64,000 bases of DNA from the human T2T-CHM13v2.0 reference genome, Homo sapiens: NCBI RefSeq assembly GCF_009914755.1, contig NC_060934.1. One strand, written 5' to 3'. Positions within the stretch are counted from its first letter, which is position 1; each line of letters starts with the position of its first letter. Below the pieces are notes generated by a model. It had not been told where the DNA came from, did not search any database, and worked only from the letters and a program-made list of their open reading frames with translations. Position numbers and translations under genes: made by a program. Shown in pieces: positions 12,057-25,634 of this stretch.

Positions 12057-12236
12057 TGTGTTAGTGCTCTCCAAAGAAACAGAGCCAATAGGAGATACAT
12101 ATATACAGCCTTCATAATTGAGTGAGCCAATTCCCATAATATATTTCTCTCTCTCCATACACATATACATATATATATATATACACGCATATTTATATAC
12201 ATATATCTCTTTATACACACACACACACACACACAC
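12057..12236. mobile_element. MLT2 LTR fragment with internal inversion and (TA)n/(CA)n tract
   Basis: 12057-12107 matches the MLT2 end in minus orientation; 12108-12160 'gccttcataattgagtgagccaattcccataata' matches the adjacent MLT2 segment in plus orientation. Confidence 0.65.
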
Positions 12237-12599
12237 AAGAAAAGGAACAAGAACAAGGAAGCAATTTTAGCTCAAGACACTCTTCTGAAATCAAACATTC
12301 AGCCCCCAAATTGTATTTCTCAGAAAGATATAAATGAATAGAGATGTTTCAACCTAAGACACTGCTGAAGTGGAAATCTTGTTCACTACCATGGCTACCA
12401 GAATGTGTTTAAGAAGGAACAGAAAGAATATGACAGAAAGAGATAGTGAATACTGACTTTTATTTCTGTCCAATGATACACCAAGGTCAGAGCCTGTAAT
12501 ATGAACCCCCAGCTCTGTTCTTCTCCCAGATTCTCACCATTGTTATCTCCAATCTGTTTCTGTTCCAGTCTCCTATTCCTGTTCACACAGAAGCAATGC

Positions 12600-12740
12600 A
12601 GAATAGAGAAAAAAGGGCTTAACTAGAAGTGAGGAAATATACTGCCAGCCCTGGACTTGTCACATTTAGCAGTGTGACTTTGGGTACTTCACTTAACCTT
12701 TCTGTTTGTTTCCTCATTTATAAAATAGGAATTATTGCTA
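12600..12740 (+). mobile_element. MIR remnant
   Basis: 'gtgtgactttgggtacttcacttaacctttctgtttgtttcctcatttataaaatagga'. Confidence 0.65.
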
Positions 12741-13289
12741 TCTTTCCAAATCACCAAGTGTTATATTTCTATCATAGCCACAAAGTTTAAAATATTACTG
12801 CATTTATCATTGTCACTACTTCCTTTCCAGGTTCTTAGGATCAGAAGTTACTCCTCATTTGACTTAACTACATGCACATCAAGGCTGATCATCCAAGGAA
12901 GAGCTAAAGTTATGACCTGACAGTAGTTCTCACTGTTTGGAAAATTGTTATGGGTTATGCAAACTACTCATATGTATTATTCCAATATAAAATTTCTAAT
13001 CCTTCAAGGCCAAATGTCTTGTTGCAAAACATTTCTCATAAGGAGGTTTTGCTGACATTAGAATGTCTCAAAAGTAAGATTCCCGAATGTGTTCTTCACA
13101 AATTAATCTCATAAAATGCTTGAGGTCAGGGGAAGATAATCCTGATTAAGTTTGGGAATAACATACACCAATCCCCTCCCTTTGAGAGTCACAGTAAATA
13201 TTAGCAAATCAAAAATTCTGGGAAGCAGACACTTGTGTAACTTTAATCCAAAACTGCCCAAATTTCTTTGACTAAGGAAGAAATTTCAT

Positions 13290-13702
13290 GTGTGTCTTTG
13301 CATTGGTTCCCGGAGAACAGGACTTAAGATAAGGATTTGGATGTAAATCATTTATTAAGGATAGAGAAGGAAGCCAATATAAGGTATGATGACAAACAAG
13401 TTACTTCTGTGGGTTCTTCTAGGGACATTTTCATGACAGTATCAAACATACCTCAAATTGTCCCACTGAAGGAACAAAGAAGCTGGGGATTTGATCTGCC
13501 AGCTCCCTTCCATCCTTAAAGGCTTATCCCAGGGCTACCAGCTCTTCAGCATCTCCAGTATGTCCTGTATATGGACTGAGCTCCCTAGAGAACTCTCCTC
13601 CTTGGGTAGAGAGTTCCAGGAGCTTGCAGAGGGAAGCCATCAGAGTTCCTGAAACAGTAGATGCCAAGAAGAGACAGGTGGCCACTACCGGCATCTGCTA
13701 CA
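13290..13702 (-). mobile_element. Old MLT1 (J/K-type) MaLR LTR
   Basis: 'gataaggatttggatgtaaatcatttatt', 'aagttacttctgtggg', end 'ggcatctgctaca'. Confidence 0.6.
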
Positions 13703-13950
13703 TTAGTGACAAAGTGACATCTGCACCATGTGGAATTAAAATCTCATTCAACACTTGGAGAATGGTAAATTCTGATGACAGCAGTCTTGAGGGTTCTTTT
13801 TACTGTTAGGTTGAGAGTTAAGGAGAAAAAAACTGATACAAGAAGGAATAGGGGGCACCCAAAATGACTGTGCTAACCCTGCTAGTCTTCTGACCTCTGA
13901 TGGCATCTGTTCTCATTTCTATGCTGCCTTATTGCAATGACTATGACATG

Positions 13951-14118
13951 TTTTAGAGAGATGGGGTTTCACTATGTTGCCCAGGCTGAAGTGCAGTGGC
14001 TATTCACAGGTGCAATCATAGTGCACTGCAGCCTTGAACTCTTAGGCTCAGGCAAATGCTTGGGCTGCTTCAGCCTCCTGAGTAGCTGGGACTGCAGGTG
14101 TGTACCACTGTGCCTGGC
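13951..14118 (-). mobile_element. FAM (fossil Alu monomer)
   Basis: Monomer with the 7SL-derived 'gtgcagtggctattcacaggtgcaatcatagtgcactgcagcc'; TATGAC on both flanks. Confidence 0.8.
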
Positions 14119-14378
14119 TATGACTTATTAATTGTCTGTTTTCCTCATTTAGCAAACATTTGAGGGGTATCTACTACTTGCCATGTTCCAGGCTAGTAAC
14201 AATGTTCAGTAAGCCAAGGTCCTACTATACAATAAATAAAGCAAAAAAAAAAAAAAAAAGGAAGAAGCATTTTTTTTTTAGCCAAGGGTAAAAGAAATAA
14301 ATCCATCAAGACCCTCATCTCACACTTTTGATATTTAGGTCTTCAGAGGAAAAGCCAGTGTAGAAAATAACAGCATTC

Positions 14379-14697
<319 letters not shown>

Positions 14698-15666
14698 TCA
14701 TCTATCCATAGGAACCATCACTTATCAAGTTGATTCTACTGTGTATATGCAGAAACTTAAAAATACCTGTGATATTTAAGCCTGCAAAACAACCCATAAG
14801 GAAGAAGGTGGGGCAGACAGGGGCAGATATAACCCTAACATTAGAATGTTACTGCCAGGTTTAATGTCTAGCAACAATTTGCTAACACAGATCAATAGTG
14901 ACTAAGTTGTTTACTATCCACCTAAATCATGGTGACAATTGAGTTATGGAAATAATACACGGAGAGTTTTCCTTAGAAACTGATGAGAATCAACAGCTCT
15001 TCAGATACCTTAAGTATTTCTCCATATACAGGTGTTTCTGACATAATTAAATGCTAAGCTCTGGCCAGGTTAAGAAGCATAGCTCGACTTGAAATTAGGC
15101 AAGCTTAATAAGACAGTATGACCACTTTGTATCCACATACTCAGTTAATTCTGTCATTTATTCAGAAAATATCTGAGTATTTCCTATGTGTCAACACAAG
15201 ACAAAGTCCCTGCCCTCAAAGAGCTTATGTTCTTTTGAAAGTAACAAAGAGGAAATTGACACTTGGTATATTAAATGCCACAAGAAAAGAATTTCTGGAT
15301 TGGCTGGGAGAAAACACAGGGCAGGCATACATCTAAGTACTTAGGGGTGAACAATGATTTCCAAGAGGAGATATTAGGGTGAGTCTATATTTCAAAGTAT
15401 CAAAAGATGAGAGTGAAAGTGGCTCAAATAGAGGCCTTATTCAGCTGAGAACTTCAAGGAGTATCTGAGACCAGATACTCTCCAAGTAAAGCAGGTTTGG
15501 AGTTTTAAAGGGTGAGTGGAAGAGAGGGCTATGTGTCTGTGTAACTGGGCTCAGGTAGCAGGTTTTTTTCTTTAGCCGCTGCAAAACTTCCAGTTAAAAC
15601 AGTGAGAGATTGTTCTATTCTTTTTGCCTCATTCTCAGGATAGGTGGCACAATGCTGTTCTGATAA

Positions 15667-16005
<339 letters not shown>

Positions 16006-17087
16006 TAGCAGGCCTTACAGTTTTCAACTAATTAAGGTTCAAGGTTCAGCAGCAGGGAATATAACAATAACAACAACAACGGTGGAAACGGAAAAATTAG
16101 AGAAGGCAAGGGTGAAAGGCAAGGGAAGCTGGAGACCCTCTGTCATGTCTGTTTTAGTCCTTTGCAAAAGGACTTTTAGTAATATCACGGACCTCATTTT
16201 ATCCCATCTTTAAAGAACAAAACTTCAAGAGACCATTTATACACATAAAATGCTTAATTAGGTCTCCCAAGGATTTTAGCTAGGTGGTTTCAAGTAATCC
16301 CTCCAACCAATGAATACTCAGGAAGACCATGCCTATTAATATTAATACTAAAAGCAAGTGGCACATAGAAGTGATTATTTGTAAAAATACTGTGTGTTTC
16401 TGAACATTTATTAACTAACTCTTTTTATGGAGTAGAAAAATACATTTACTTATGGTGTGGGATGGTACCCAGTTTTATAATTTCCAGAACTAATTCTTGG
16501 TGCTAGGTCTTGGTGACCTCCTACATGTTGAAATGCATGGTTTGGTCAGGAGCCAGCGCTTGCAATGTGGCAACAATGTTGCCAACCTGGACCAAATGGA
16601 GTTTGAAGATAAAGAGTAAGGGATAAGGGGCATGTGTACATGTTCTTGGGGTGCATCTTGAAGTAGTTTACTTTTGTTCTTGTAGACATGGTGGGATCAT
16701 CCAGGTGGATGACAGTGATTCTTTGCATCTTTATCCTGTTCACCATCCCAGACTTGATCTGCCCCTGGGATGAGCACTGCTAGTGAAGGAGCATTTCTTG
16801 TTGATATAAGTACCCTTGATGTCCTTCCTATATGCCTAAAGTATGCTATTAATAAAGTGAGGCGTCTCTTCGCCAGTTTCTCAGACCCTCTTCTTGTCTT
16901 GGAACATAGTAGACTGTCTTTGGTTAGGACATGCAGTCTAAATATTTGCCAGCTCTCTGGCCCCAGGGTTATCACAAGACAGGGTTATCACAATTTAAGT
17001 TTTATAAAATTAAGCTTTAGATTCCTAAAATGCAATGCATTAAACATGAATTCCCTATTTTGAAGGTTTTAAATTGTACCAGAATAG

Positions 17088-17491
<404 letters not shown>

Positions 17492-18749
17492 TAAAGTTTT
17501 TTGTCTTTGAACTCTTTAAGTGTTGTATGTGAAACAAAATTGGTAAATTTGTTTACAATAAAATATGAATAAATACAAATATGTATTAATATTTGATTAA
17601 TAACTCTTAAGATCTGCCAGAATGAGCATAGTAGGCACCAGGTTCTGCCTGCTGAGATAAAAGACTTGAGAGTGGTTTGATATTCTCAGAAGAAAGGCAC
17701 AGTCTGTACTCAAGCTGTTGTTTCTAACGCCGTGAATAATCATAAATATAACTACACATACTAATGACGAAAATTTTTGAGAAGCAAAGAAGATAGTAAA
17801 AAATTTTCACAATTTAATTGCTTTGCCAATGCTAACATTTGTGTTAGAAAAGGTTAGGGACCAACGTATTTTCTTAAGAAAATCACTCTGCCCTTCTGCA
17901 AAGGGCCTCAGTTTCTTCATCCGAGCCATGAGGATATTGAATGTGATCACTGGGAGGGGCCCTTCCTGCTTAAACATTTCAACACTCTATGTTTGGCTCT
18001 TCAGCCAGGTAGCTGGATGGGGATGGAGACTGTTTCAGCTCTGCACCTGCAGGCCTGATTTCACAGACAAATTCTTTGCTATGAATTGGATTATTTCCCA
18101 CTTCATGACATTCAAAGGTCTGTTTAGGGCAGAAAACTGTGATGGAGGAGGAGAAAAATAGAAAGGGAAAAGTGTAACCAATTTCTTAGGGATAAGTACA
18201 GTGCTTCTAGCTCCAGAGACTCAGCTACTCTTGGGTATTAGAGAAAGAAAGCCTCTATTTCACAGATTTTTTTATAGCAGAATCATGGAGAGGCAAGATT
18301 GATGATGGCAATAAATAGAGACGGTCAAGAAACAGCAAAAATTTGACTGGTAGGACCCCAAATGACTGGTTTTGTTTGAAATGTAGACACAAAAATTAAG
18401 AAGAGAAAAAAGCAGTCATCAAAAGTATTTGATAAGTTGGAAAGCCTCACAATATAATACAACTCCTTCTAGACCTTTGCAAGTAGATCCCACTAGGATT
18501 CTCAGCCTGGTGATTCCCAACGAACATACCAACATCAACAGTGGTCCTCAAGAACTCGGAAAGGGATCAGTCAACTCATTGCATCTCAAATATATTACAG
18601 CTACATCCATTTCTATTCTTTGGTCATTTTGTTGTAAAACTATTTGCAAAATTGAAACCACATATAAATATTGCACTCACTAAGTAGCAGATGTATAAGG
18701 ATAACTATGGCCTAGACACCAATCATTAGAAAACAATTTTAATGATTAA

Positions 18750-19165
18750 TGCAAGTTCATTCTTGCATAGCTATAAAGAAATACCTGAGACTTGGGTAAT
18801 TTATAAAGAAAAAAGGTTTCATTGGCTCACATTCCACGTGCTATAAAGGAAGCATAATGCTGGCATCTGCTTGGCTTCTGGGGAGGCCTCAGGAAATTTA
18901 CAATCATGGTGGAAGGCAAAGGGGAGCAGGCGTCTTACATGGCAGGAGTAGGAACAAGGTGGGAGGTGTTACACACTTTTAAACTATCAGATCTCAGGAG
19001 AACTCACTCACTACCATGAGAACAGCACCAAAGGGATGGTGCGAAACCATTCGTGTGAAATCCATCCCCATTATCCAGTCACCTCCCACCAGGCCCCACC
19101 TCCAGCACTGGGAATTATAATTCCACATGAGATTTGGGCAGGGACACAAATTCGAACCATATCAC
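18750..19165 (-). mobile_element. MSTA-like MaLR solo LTR
   Basis: 'gctataaagaaatacctgagact...gagaacagcaccaaagggatggtgc...gagatttgggcagggacacaaattcgaaccatatca'. Confidence 0.88.
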
Positions 19166-19353
19166 CAACCATTGTTCTAAAGACTGCAAATGAAATATGC
19201 TTTTGAAATTAAAAGGGTGTTTTGTCATTGTCATGAGATTTGTTGCTGTTGTTATTGTTGGGTTGCTTTTGTTTGCTATTCAGTGATTTTCAGCACATAG
19301 CCTTGCTTTTAGAACCCTAATTTTTGTTGTTTCTGAAATTGTTGCTTATTTCT

Positions 19354-19563
19354 TGATATGGTTTAAATGTGTGTCCCTTCCAAATCTCATCTTGAAATGT
19401 GATCCTCAATGTTGGAGGGGGTCCTGGTGGGAGGTGTTTGAGTCACGGGAGCAGATCCCTCTTCGATGACTTGGTGCCCTCCCTACATTAATGAGTGAGT
19501 TCTAGCTCTGTTAGTTCACACGAGAGCTGATTGTTAAAAAGAGCCTGTCATCTCCCTTGCTTC
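19354..19563 (+). mobile_element. MSTB-like LTR, 5' fragment
   Basis: 'tgatatggtttaaatgtgtgtcccttccaaatctcatcttgaaatgtgatcc...agttcacacgagagctgattgttaaaaagagcctg'. Confidence 0.8.
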
Positions 19564-21689
19564 ACCTAAGTGGGCCACCTAAAACTCACTGCCTCCCATC
19601 AATTGCTCTGCTTGACTCTATCTTGGGCTGCTCTCTGAGTTGCCCACTCTCTGGACCTCTGCAGCTCTGCTGTCTTTTTCTTATGAGAACTGAAATTATC
19701 TAGCCCACATAGCTTATTTCATTTGCATTAAAATGACTTTACTATTTCATTATCTTTATCGACACAACATTCCAAAAGACTCTTGCCCAGGCAAATAATT
19801 TATAGGTTCATTATAAGAACTTTCCAGAACTCAATATAAAGCATCAACAAATGGTTTGCACTCATAGGTTCCTTGAAATCCTCACCTTGATGCTTCCACC
19901 AATCCTAAACTTAGTTATGTTGTGAACCTCGTGCAATTCTAATCAAACCCCACATTTGCAAAAAGTAGTTTTCCAATAACTCTGCATATTTATTTTATAC
20001 ATTTTATTTAAATAACTGGCAATGATTCACTGGCATAAAAGGCATTCCCCAACTCTTAACTTGGTAGAAAGAGCACTGAACTAGGAGTCCAGAGTGTTGA
20101 GTCTTGCTTTTGACTCTGACATAACCATGTGAATTTAAGTCAGTCTTTTCCCCACTCTCTAGGTGTGACTTTTCTCACTTGAAAAGGGTAAGGATTCATT
20201 TACTAAGCATTTATGCAATAAATATATATATGGTATCTACTTCGTGCCAGGCATTGTCAGATATCTCCAGTTCTAAGTTTCTACCATTTCTATAAAATTC
20301 AGAACCTAGAAAGGGTTATGACAGAGTCAACATGCTGACTGCTCACCATCATAGGGGGCTAATATTTTGCGTTAGTAAGTCATGAATATCAACATCTATT
20401 ACCACGACAATTCTAAAAGTCATACCATCACTACAGTTATAATTTCACTTAGTTCTCACAAATTAATTTGTGGCATGCTGGTTAAGTTTTGAACACTATT
20501 TATAGAAAACACAGAGCAAAAGAAAAGAAAGTTAAGACTGTCAGATTCCAGAGATCATCAGGGCATGTTTTATGCATTATTTTAATAATTTTTCTGTTAA
20601 TTAATTAAGTTTGAAACTTCTGTTTCAAACTTAATGAAACAGAGAAGTTCCAAAAGTTTGAATGCCTTGCAGAGGAAGTGCATCATGTCCTGAAGATTTG
20701 GCTGGTGTAATTCTTTTCCTAAACCTTTTCTTCATACATAAAAAGCTTCCAGCATCAGGAATTTTTACAGCCCAAATCCTTAGGGATAGCAAAAAGTAGA
20801 ACATTCAGGCTGAGTCTAAGAGGCAAAAATCTAGTTAGAAATTGCCCAGGAGAATTAAGACAAATACACAATGCTTAAGTCCTGCGACAGAAATTTAAAA
20901 ATAAATAAAATCAACCCAAAATGGCCAACCCTAAAATGATTCAGAGGCTTTCTCTGCCCAGGGATTGCTTTTATAATGTATGACTTTATGCCTAATTAAA
21001 ATGAGGTCATAAGTTGATAGATGGCTGCACCACAACTTAAGAGACATGGGTTCAAGTCTCTGCTTTGACCCAACCTGTGTGACTTTCGAAAACATACCTC
21101 TTCCTTCAACCTTTGCTTGCTAATCTAAGAAACAGGAATCATAAAATGTCCTACCTATTAACTGGAAAATGAGAAAACACATATAAAAGGTCTCCAAGAT
21201 CTTAAAGTGTCACTTTATTATAAGACTATGGACTGCCAAGCAAATCACTTGTATAAGCCAATAAGGCAATGCAGCAGGGTCACAGTTGTGCCTAGAAATG
21301 TTGGTTATCTACAGTGGACCTTGTCATTGTTCTTATCATCCACTTCATCCAAACGACTAAACTGAAGCTAAGTCAATCGTGCTAGCCCATTTCCTTGTCA
21401 GTGATTGCTTCAGAGGCAAGTTGGAAAAGTTTACGGCAAAGATACGTAAGGAGAGGCAGACTTGGGAATGGGAAAAAACGAGTCTCTCTCCCCCACTCAA
21501 CATGCATAAGGAAGTGCATTGCCTTACCTCTGCAGGCAGCCATTTTGTTTTCATGACATAAGCTAGAGCAGAGACAGTCAATGAAGTATAGAAATAATCT
21601 GGATATCTGCAATTGGGAAAGAACCTGTGTACCTGATGTTACTGAGTTACTAAAAGACTGGCTCTGCCTCTGTATGATCTGATATGGGG

Positions 21690-21940
21690 TTCCATAATGG
21701 AATAGCTAAGAGAACTGGCTAAGGAACTATGTTTTCAGTTCAGATTTTGGCTCTACCACCAATTACTTAGGTGACCACAGGCAAGTTACTTAATCCTACT
21801 GGACCATAATTTTCCATCTCTAATATGAGAATAATGATAGTATTTCCCCTACAGGGTTGTGATGAGGATTAAGTAAATATTTTTAAGGCTGTTGGTATCT
21901 GGCACAGGGTAAGCACTATATAAAAGTTTGTAAATAAATA
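21690..21940 (+). mobile_element. MIR remnant
   Basis: 'gtgaccacaggcaagttacttaatc...cagggttgtgatgaggattaagt...tggcacagggtaagcact'. Confidence 0.75.
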
Positions 21941-22138
21941 ATTTAGAAATATAGTGTTTATTTATTATTTTAAACAGTCTGAGTTGGGCTTTGTTATTTG
22001 GTCCCAAAGGAAAACAAAATAGACTGTTTTTCTTAGTCTTCTGAGCCAGCCATCATTAATTGTGATGTCAAAAATCACGGATGTAACAAAAGTACATTTT
22101 ACTAATAATTAAAATATTTAAGTTATCAAATTATTTAC

Positions 22139-22353
22139 TTTAATATACATGTATACATATATATGCTTTTGTATGTATATACATGTGTGCATAAAAAGCT
22201 TCCAGCATTAGGAATTTTTAAAAACCCATTCCAAGGTGATCTGAAAACAGCAAAAGACCAAAAGTAGCAAAAAGAATTTAATATACATGATACATATATA
22301 TGTATGTATATACATGTGTGAACATATATGTATACATATGTGTGTATATATAC

Positions 22354-22385
<32 letters not shown>

Positions 22386-22390
22386 AGAGA
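22139..22390. repeat. (TA)/(TG)/(GA) low-complexity microsatellite region interrupted by an 85-bp unique segment
   Basis: Alternating purine-pyrimidine tracts; (TG)n at about 22354-22381. Confidence 0.85.
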
Positions 22391-22713
22391 GGCAAATTCA
22401 ACATTATCTTGATATCTACACTATTCTTACAAACTTTGTCACAGTTAGCTGTGTGGTCTGGAATCGACATTTTTCTTTTCTAGGTCTCAGTTTCCTGAGA
22501 AATGACTGGCATTATACCCAGGAAGCACAGGGAGTTGAGAATAACTCTGGGTTTACCCATGAGAGTGTGTTGCACATGGGGGACCCAAGGGCTGCACACT
22601 ACTTCTCAACCTCTACAATAAGCCCCCCAGAAAACCTAACTAGAGTCAAGTCTGCTGTTCCTGTTATGCCATCTTGCTTGTGGGAAAGGCCAAGGTCTCC
22701 AAACATTGCCCTT

Positions 22714-23120
22714 TGTGGCAGAGATTAGCTAGATGGGCCCCTCACCCATTACCTCTCCTTCTTGGACACCCAGCTAGAATACATATTTTAGCCTCCCTGG
22801 CAGTTAGATGGGCACGTGATTGAGTTTTAACCAAGGGAATGTGGGTGAAAGTGAGGTGAGCCATTTACAAGCCTAACTCATATAAGTCTCCTACGTTTGG
22901 TCCTCATCCTCTTTCTCTAACCAGCTTCTGACTGAAGAGGAGGTGAGGCCACCAGGTGGAAGGAGGTTTTGGAATGACTGGTGGAAGGCCAAGTATTCAG
23001 AGTCAACTGCATTGGACAGGAATGTAAAATAGAGATGAGCTTGCGTTGTGCTAACTCCCTGAGAATTGGGGATTTATCTGTTAAAAGAGGTCATGTTTCT
23101 CATGTTTTCTTAACTGATAA
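22714..23120 (+). mobile_element. Old MLT1 (I/J-type) MaLR LTR
   Basis: 'tgtggcagag...tagcctccctggcagttagatgggcacgtgattgagttttaaccaagggaatgtggg...ttggggatttatctgtta'. Confidence 0.7.
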
Positions 23121-24395
23121 ACTTAGCAAAAAGAAAAGTGATGCCCCTTAACTAGACACTGTTCAGTTTAGAAAGAAACTTAGAGTTGCTCTCTGGAATT
23201 TTGCCTTTAGCAAAATTAGTAATGAGGTGATAGATTTGCTTGTTTGCTTCTATATGACACACAAGAATACAGGCGAAAATGGCCATATTTCTTTGTTGAA
23301 GTCAAATCCCAGCACCCACCATCACTCCAGCTTTTATTTGACTCTCTACAAGCCCCACAGGACATGCTCCGTTTTGCTTTGAGGAGGAAATGCCTTTTAG
23401 GGAGTATGTCTGTGCATTCAGGAAACAGTCATAAAAAGAAAGGTTATTAGGCTACTTCCCATCACGATTATCCCTTGCAGTAGGTGATGTCATCTGCCAG
23501 AATGACTTTTCAGAAGCACCTAAAATGCATTTGTGAACTCCTAACATGGACTCAGCAGTAGCCGCCGCCAGTCAACCACATGTCCCCTTGCAAGGGGATT
23601 TGGCTTGTTAGTTAACTCTGATGGCTCCCCTTTTCCACAGCTAAATACCCTTACTTCATTAAAAAAGAGGGGGAAGAAGGTAAGTTGCATGGTATTAAGC
23701 AAAGAGGCTGCTGCCATCCCAAAAGTCATTCTAGAACATTCTCTACTGCCTGGTCCTCTAACAGTTTCTGTAACTAGATCAGACAGCAAAGTTAATGGAT
23801 GTTCTGTCTGTTGCCCTGTCTCATATACTCCCTCTCACTTTTCCCCCCTTTTGGACTCATATTTAAATACGCGTATTAACTGTGGCATCAGCTACATTTT
23901 GTATAACTTTTCAGGCCCATTTTCGTTAGTGTGATTCAGAAAACCTAGACCATGGTGGGACACTGTTTAGGACAATCACACTTAAAGATCTCTCAGAAGA
24001 TATCCTAAGGGTCCCCCAAGGTAATCGGAAAACAGCAAAAGACCCCAAGTAGCAAAAAGTCATTAATTTAGATCCAATGCCAACCCACTCAACCCTAACT
24101 TCTCATCACATTCCCTTTAAGAAAGAAAAGAGGGCTTATGGTGGGCCAGGTACACTGGTGTCCTCTTCTGTTTTAATCAGTGAATTCATTTAGCAGACAT
24201 TAACCAGCCTCCCGTCATATGCCAGGTATATGTACAGTCCTACCGCCAAGGCTAACTGAAAGAAAAACACACTGAAAGCATTGGGGTTTTTAAAGTCTAG
24301 TTCATTGCTAATAATTAATATTTTGGGTCCATTTGAAGTTAAAAGCCTTTGACATTAAAAGCTTTAAAAACATTTAACATTAAATGATGGCCTGG

Positions 24396-24725
<330 letters not shown>

Positions 24726-25171
24726 TCATCACATTATTTCTCAGGGAAAATACACTGTGAGTTCCAAACAACAGCCTTTTATTTGTTCATAATTTCTCCT
24801 CCATCCTTTCTTCCAAAAAAGATTTCAGGTTGTTAGTCGAAGATAAATGGGAGAAATAAAAAGTCATCTAACAAAAAGAAGAGCACATCATAATAGGGAT
24901 ATGCTATAAAAATTGAGCTATAAATTAGTTAAATAATGGAGTTATTAAAAAGTTAAAAAAAATAAATTGAACCAAATTTTCAAGTTCCTACTAGATGCCA
25001 GGCTTACAGCATAGAATAAGATAAGCTCCAGCTCTCATGAAGCTTATACTCCAGAATGTTGTAGCAGGAACAGTAGTGAAAGAATTCAACAGTAAACAAA
25101 GAATACATATTACTACCCAAACAATTCCAGCCAGTGATAAGTGCTGCAAAGCCAATATGAGCTACGATGAG

Positions 25172-25634
25172 TGTTGTGGGTTGAAGAGTATCACCCCAAG
25201 ATACATGTCCATCTGAGACCTTAGAATGTGGCCTTATTTGAAATTAGGGTCTTTGCAGACGTAATTCATTAAGTAAAGATGAAGTCCTCTTGGATAGAGT
25301 AGGCCCTGCATCCAGTGACTGGTATCCTTATAAGATGGTCACATGGAGACACTGAGGAGACACACACAGAGGAAAGGCAGCAATGCGAAAATGGAAATAG
25401 GAGTTAGAGCAGTACAACTACAAGCCAAAGAATGTCAAGGATTGCCATCAGCCATCAGAAGCTAGGAAGAGGCAAAGAAGGAGTCTTCCCTAGAGCCTTC
25501 AGAGGGAGTATGGCCCTCCTAACACCTTGATTTAAGACTCCTGTCCTCCAGAAATGTGAGACAGTACATTTCTCTTGTTCTAAGCCACCCAATTTGTGGT
25601 GCTTTGTTACAGCAATCCCTTGTAAACTAATACA
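25172..25634 (+). mobile_element. MLT1C-like solo LTR
   Basis: TG...CA termini; 'agggtctttgcagacgtaatt', 'ccctagagccttcagagggag', 'taagccacccaatttgtggt'; near-TSD ATGAG/ATAAG. Confidence 0.88.

Noticed and set aside
16540-17060. Overlapping ORFs and AATAAA suggesting an exon, retrocopy or old LTR
   Set aside because: No recognisable homology, poly(A) tail, TSD or paired splice sites
18750-19563. Two MST LTRs close together as a possible provirus
   Set aside because: Opposite orientations and different subfamilies, so independent insertions
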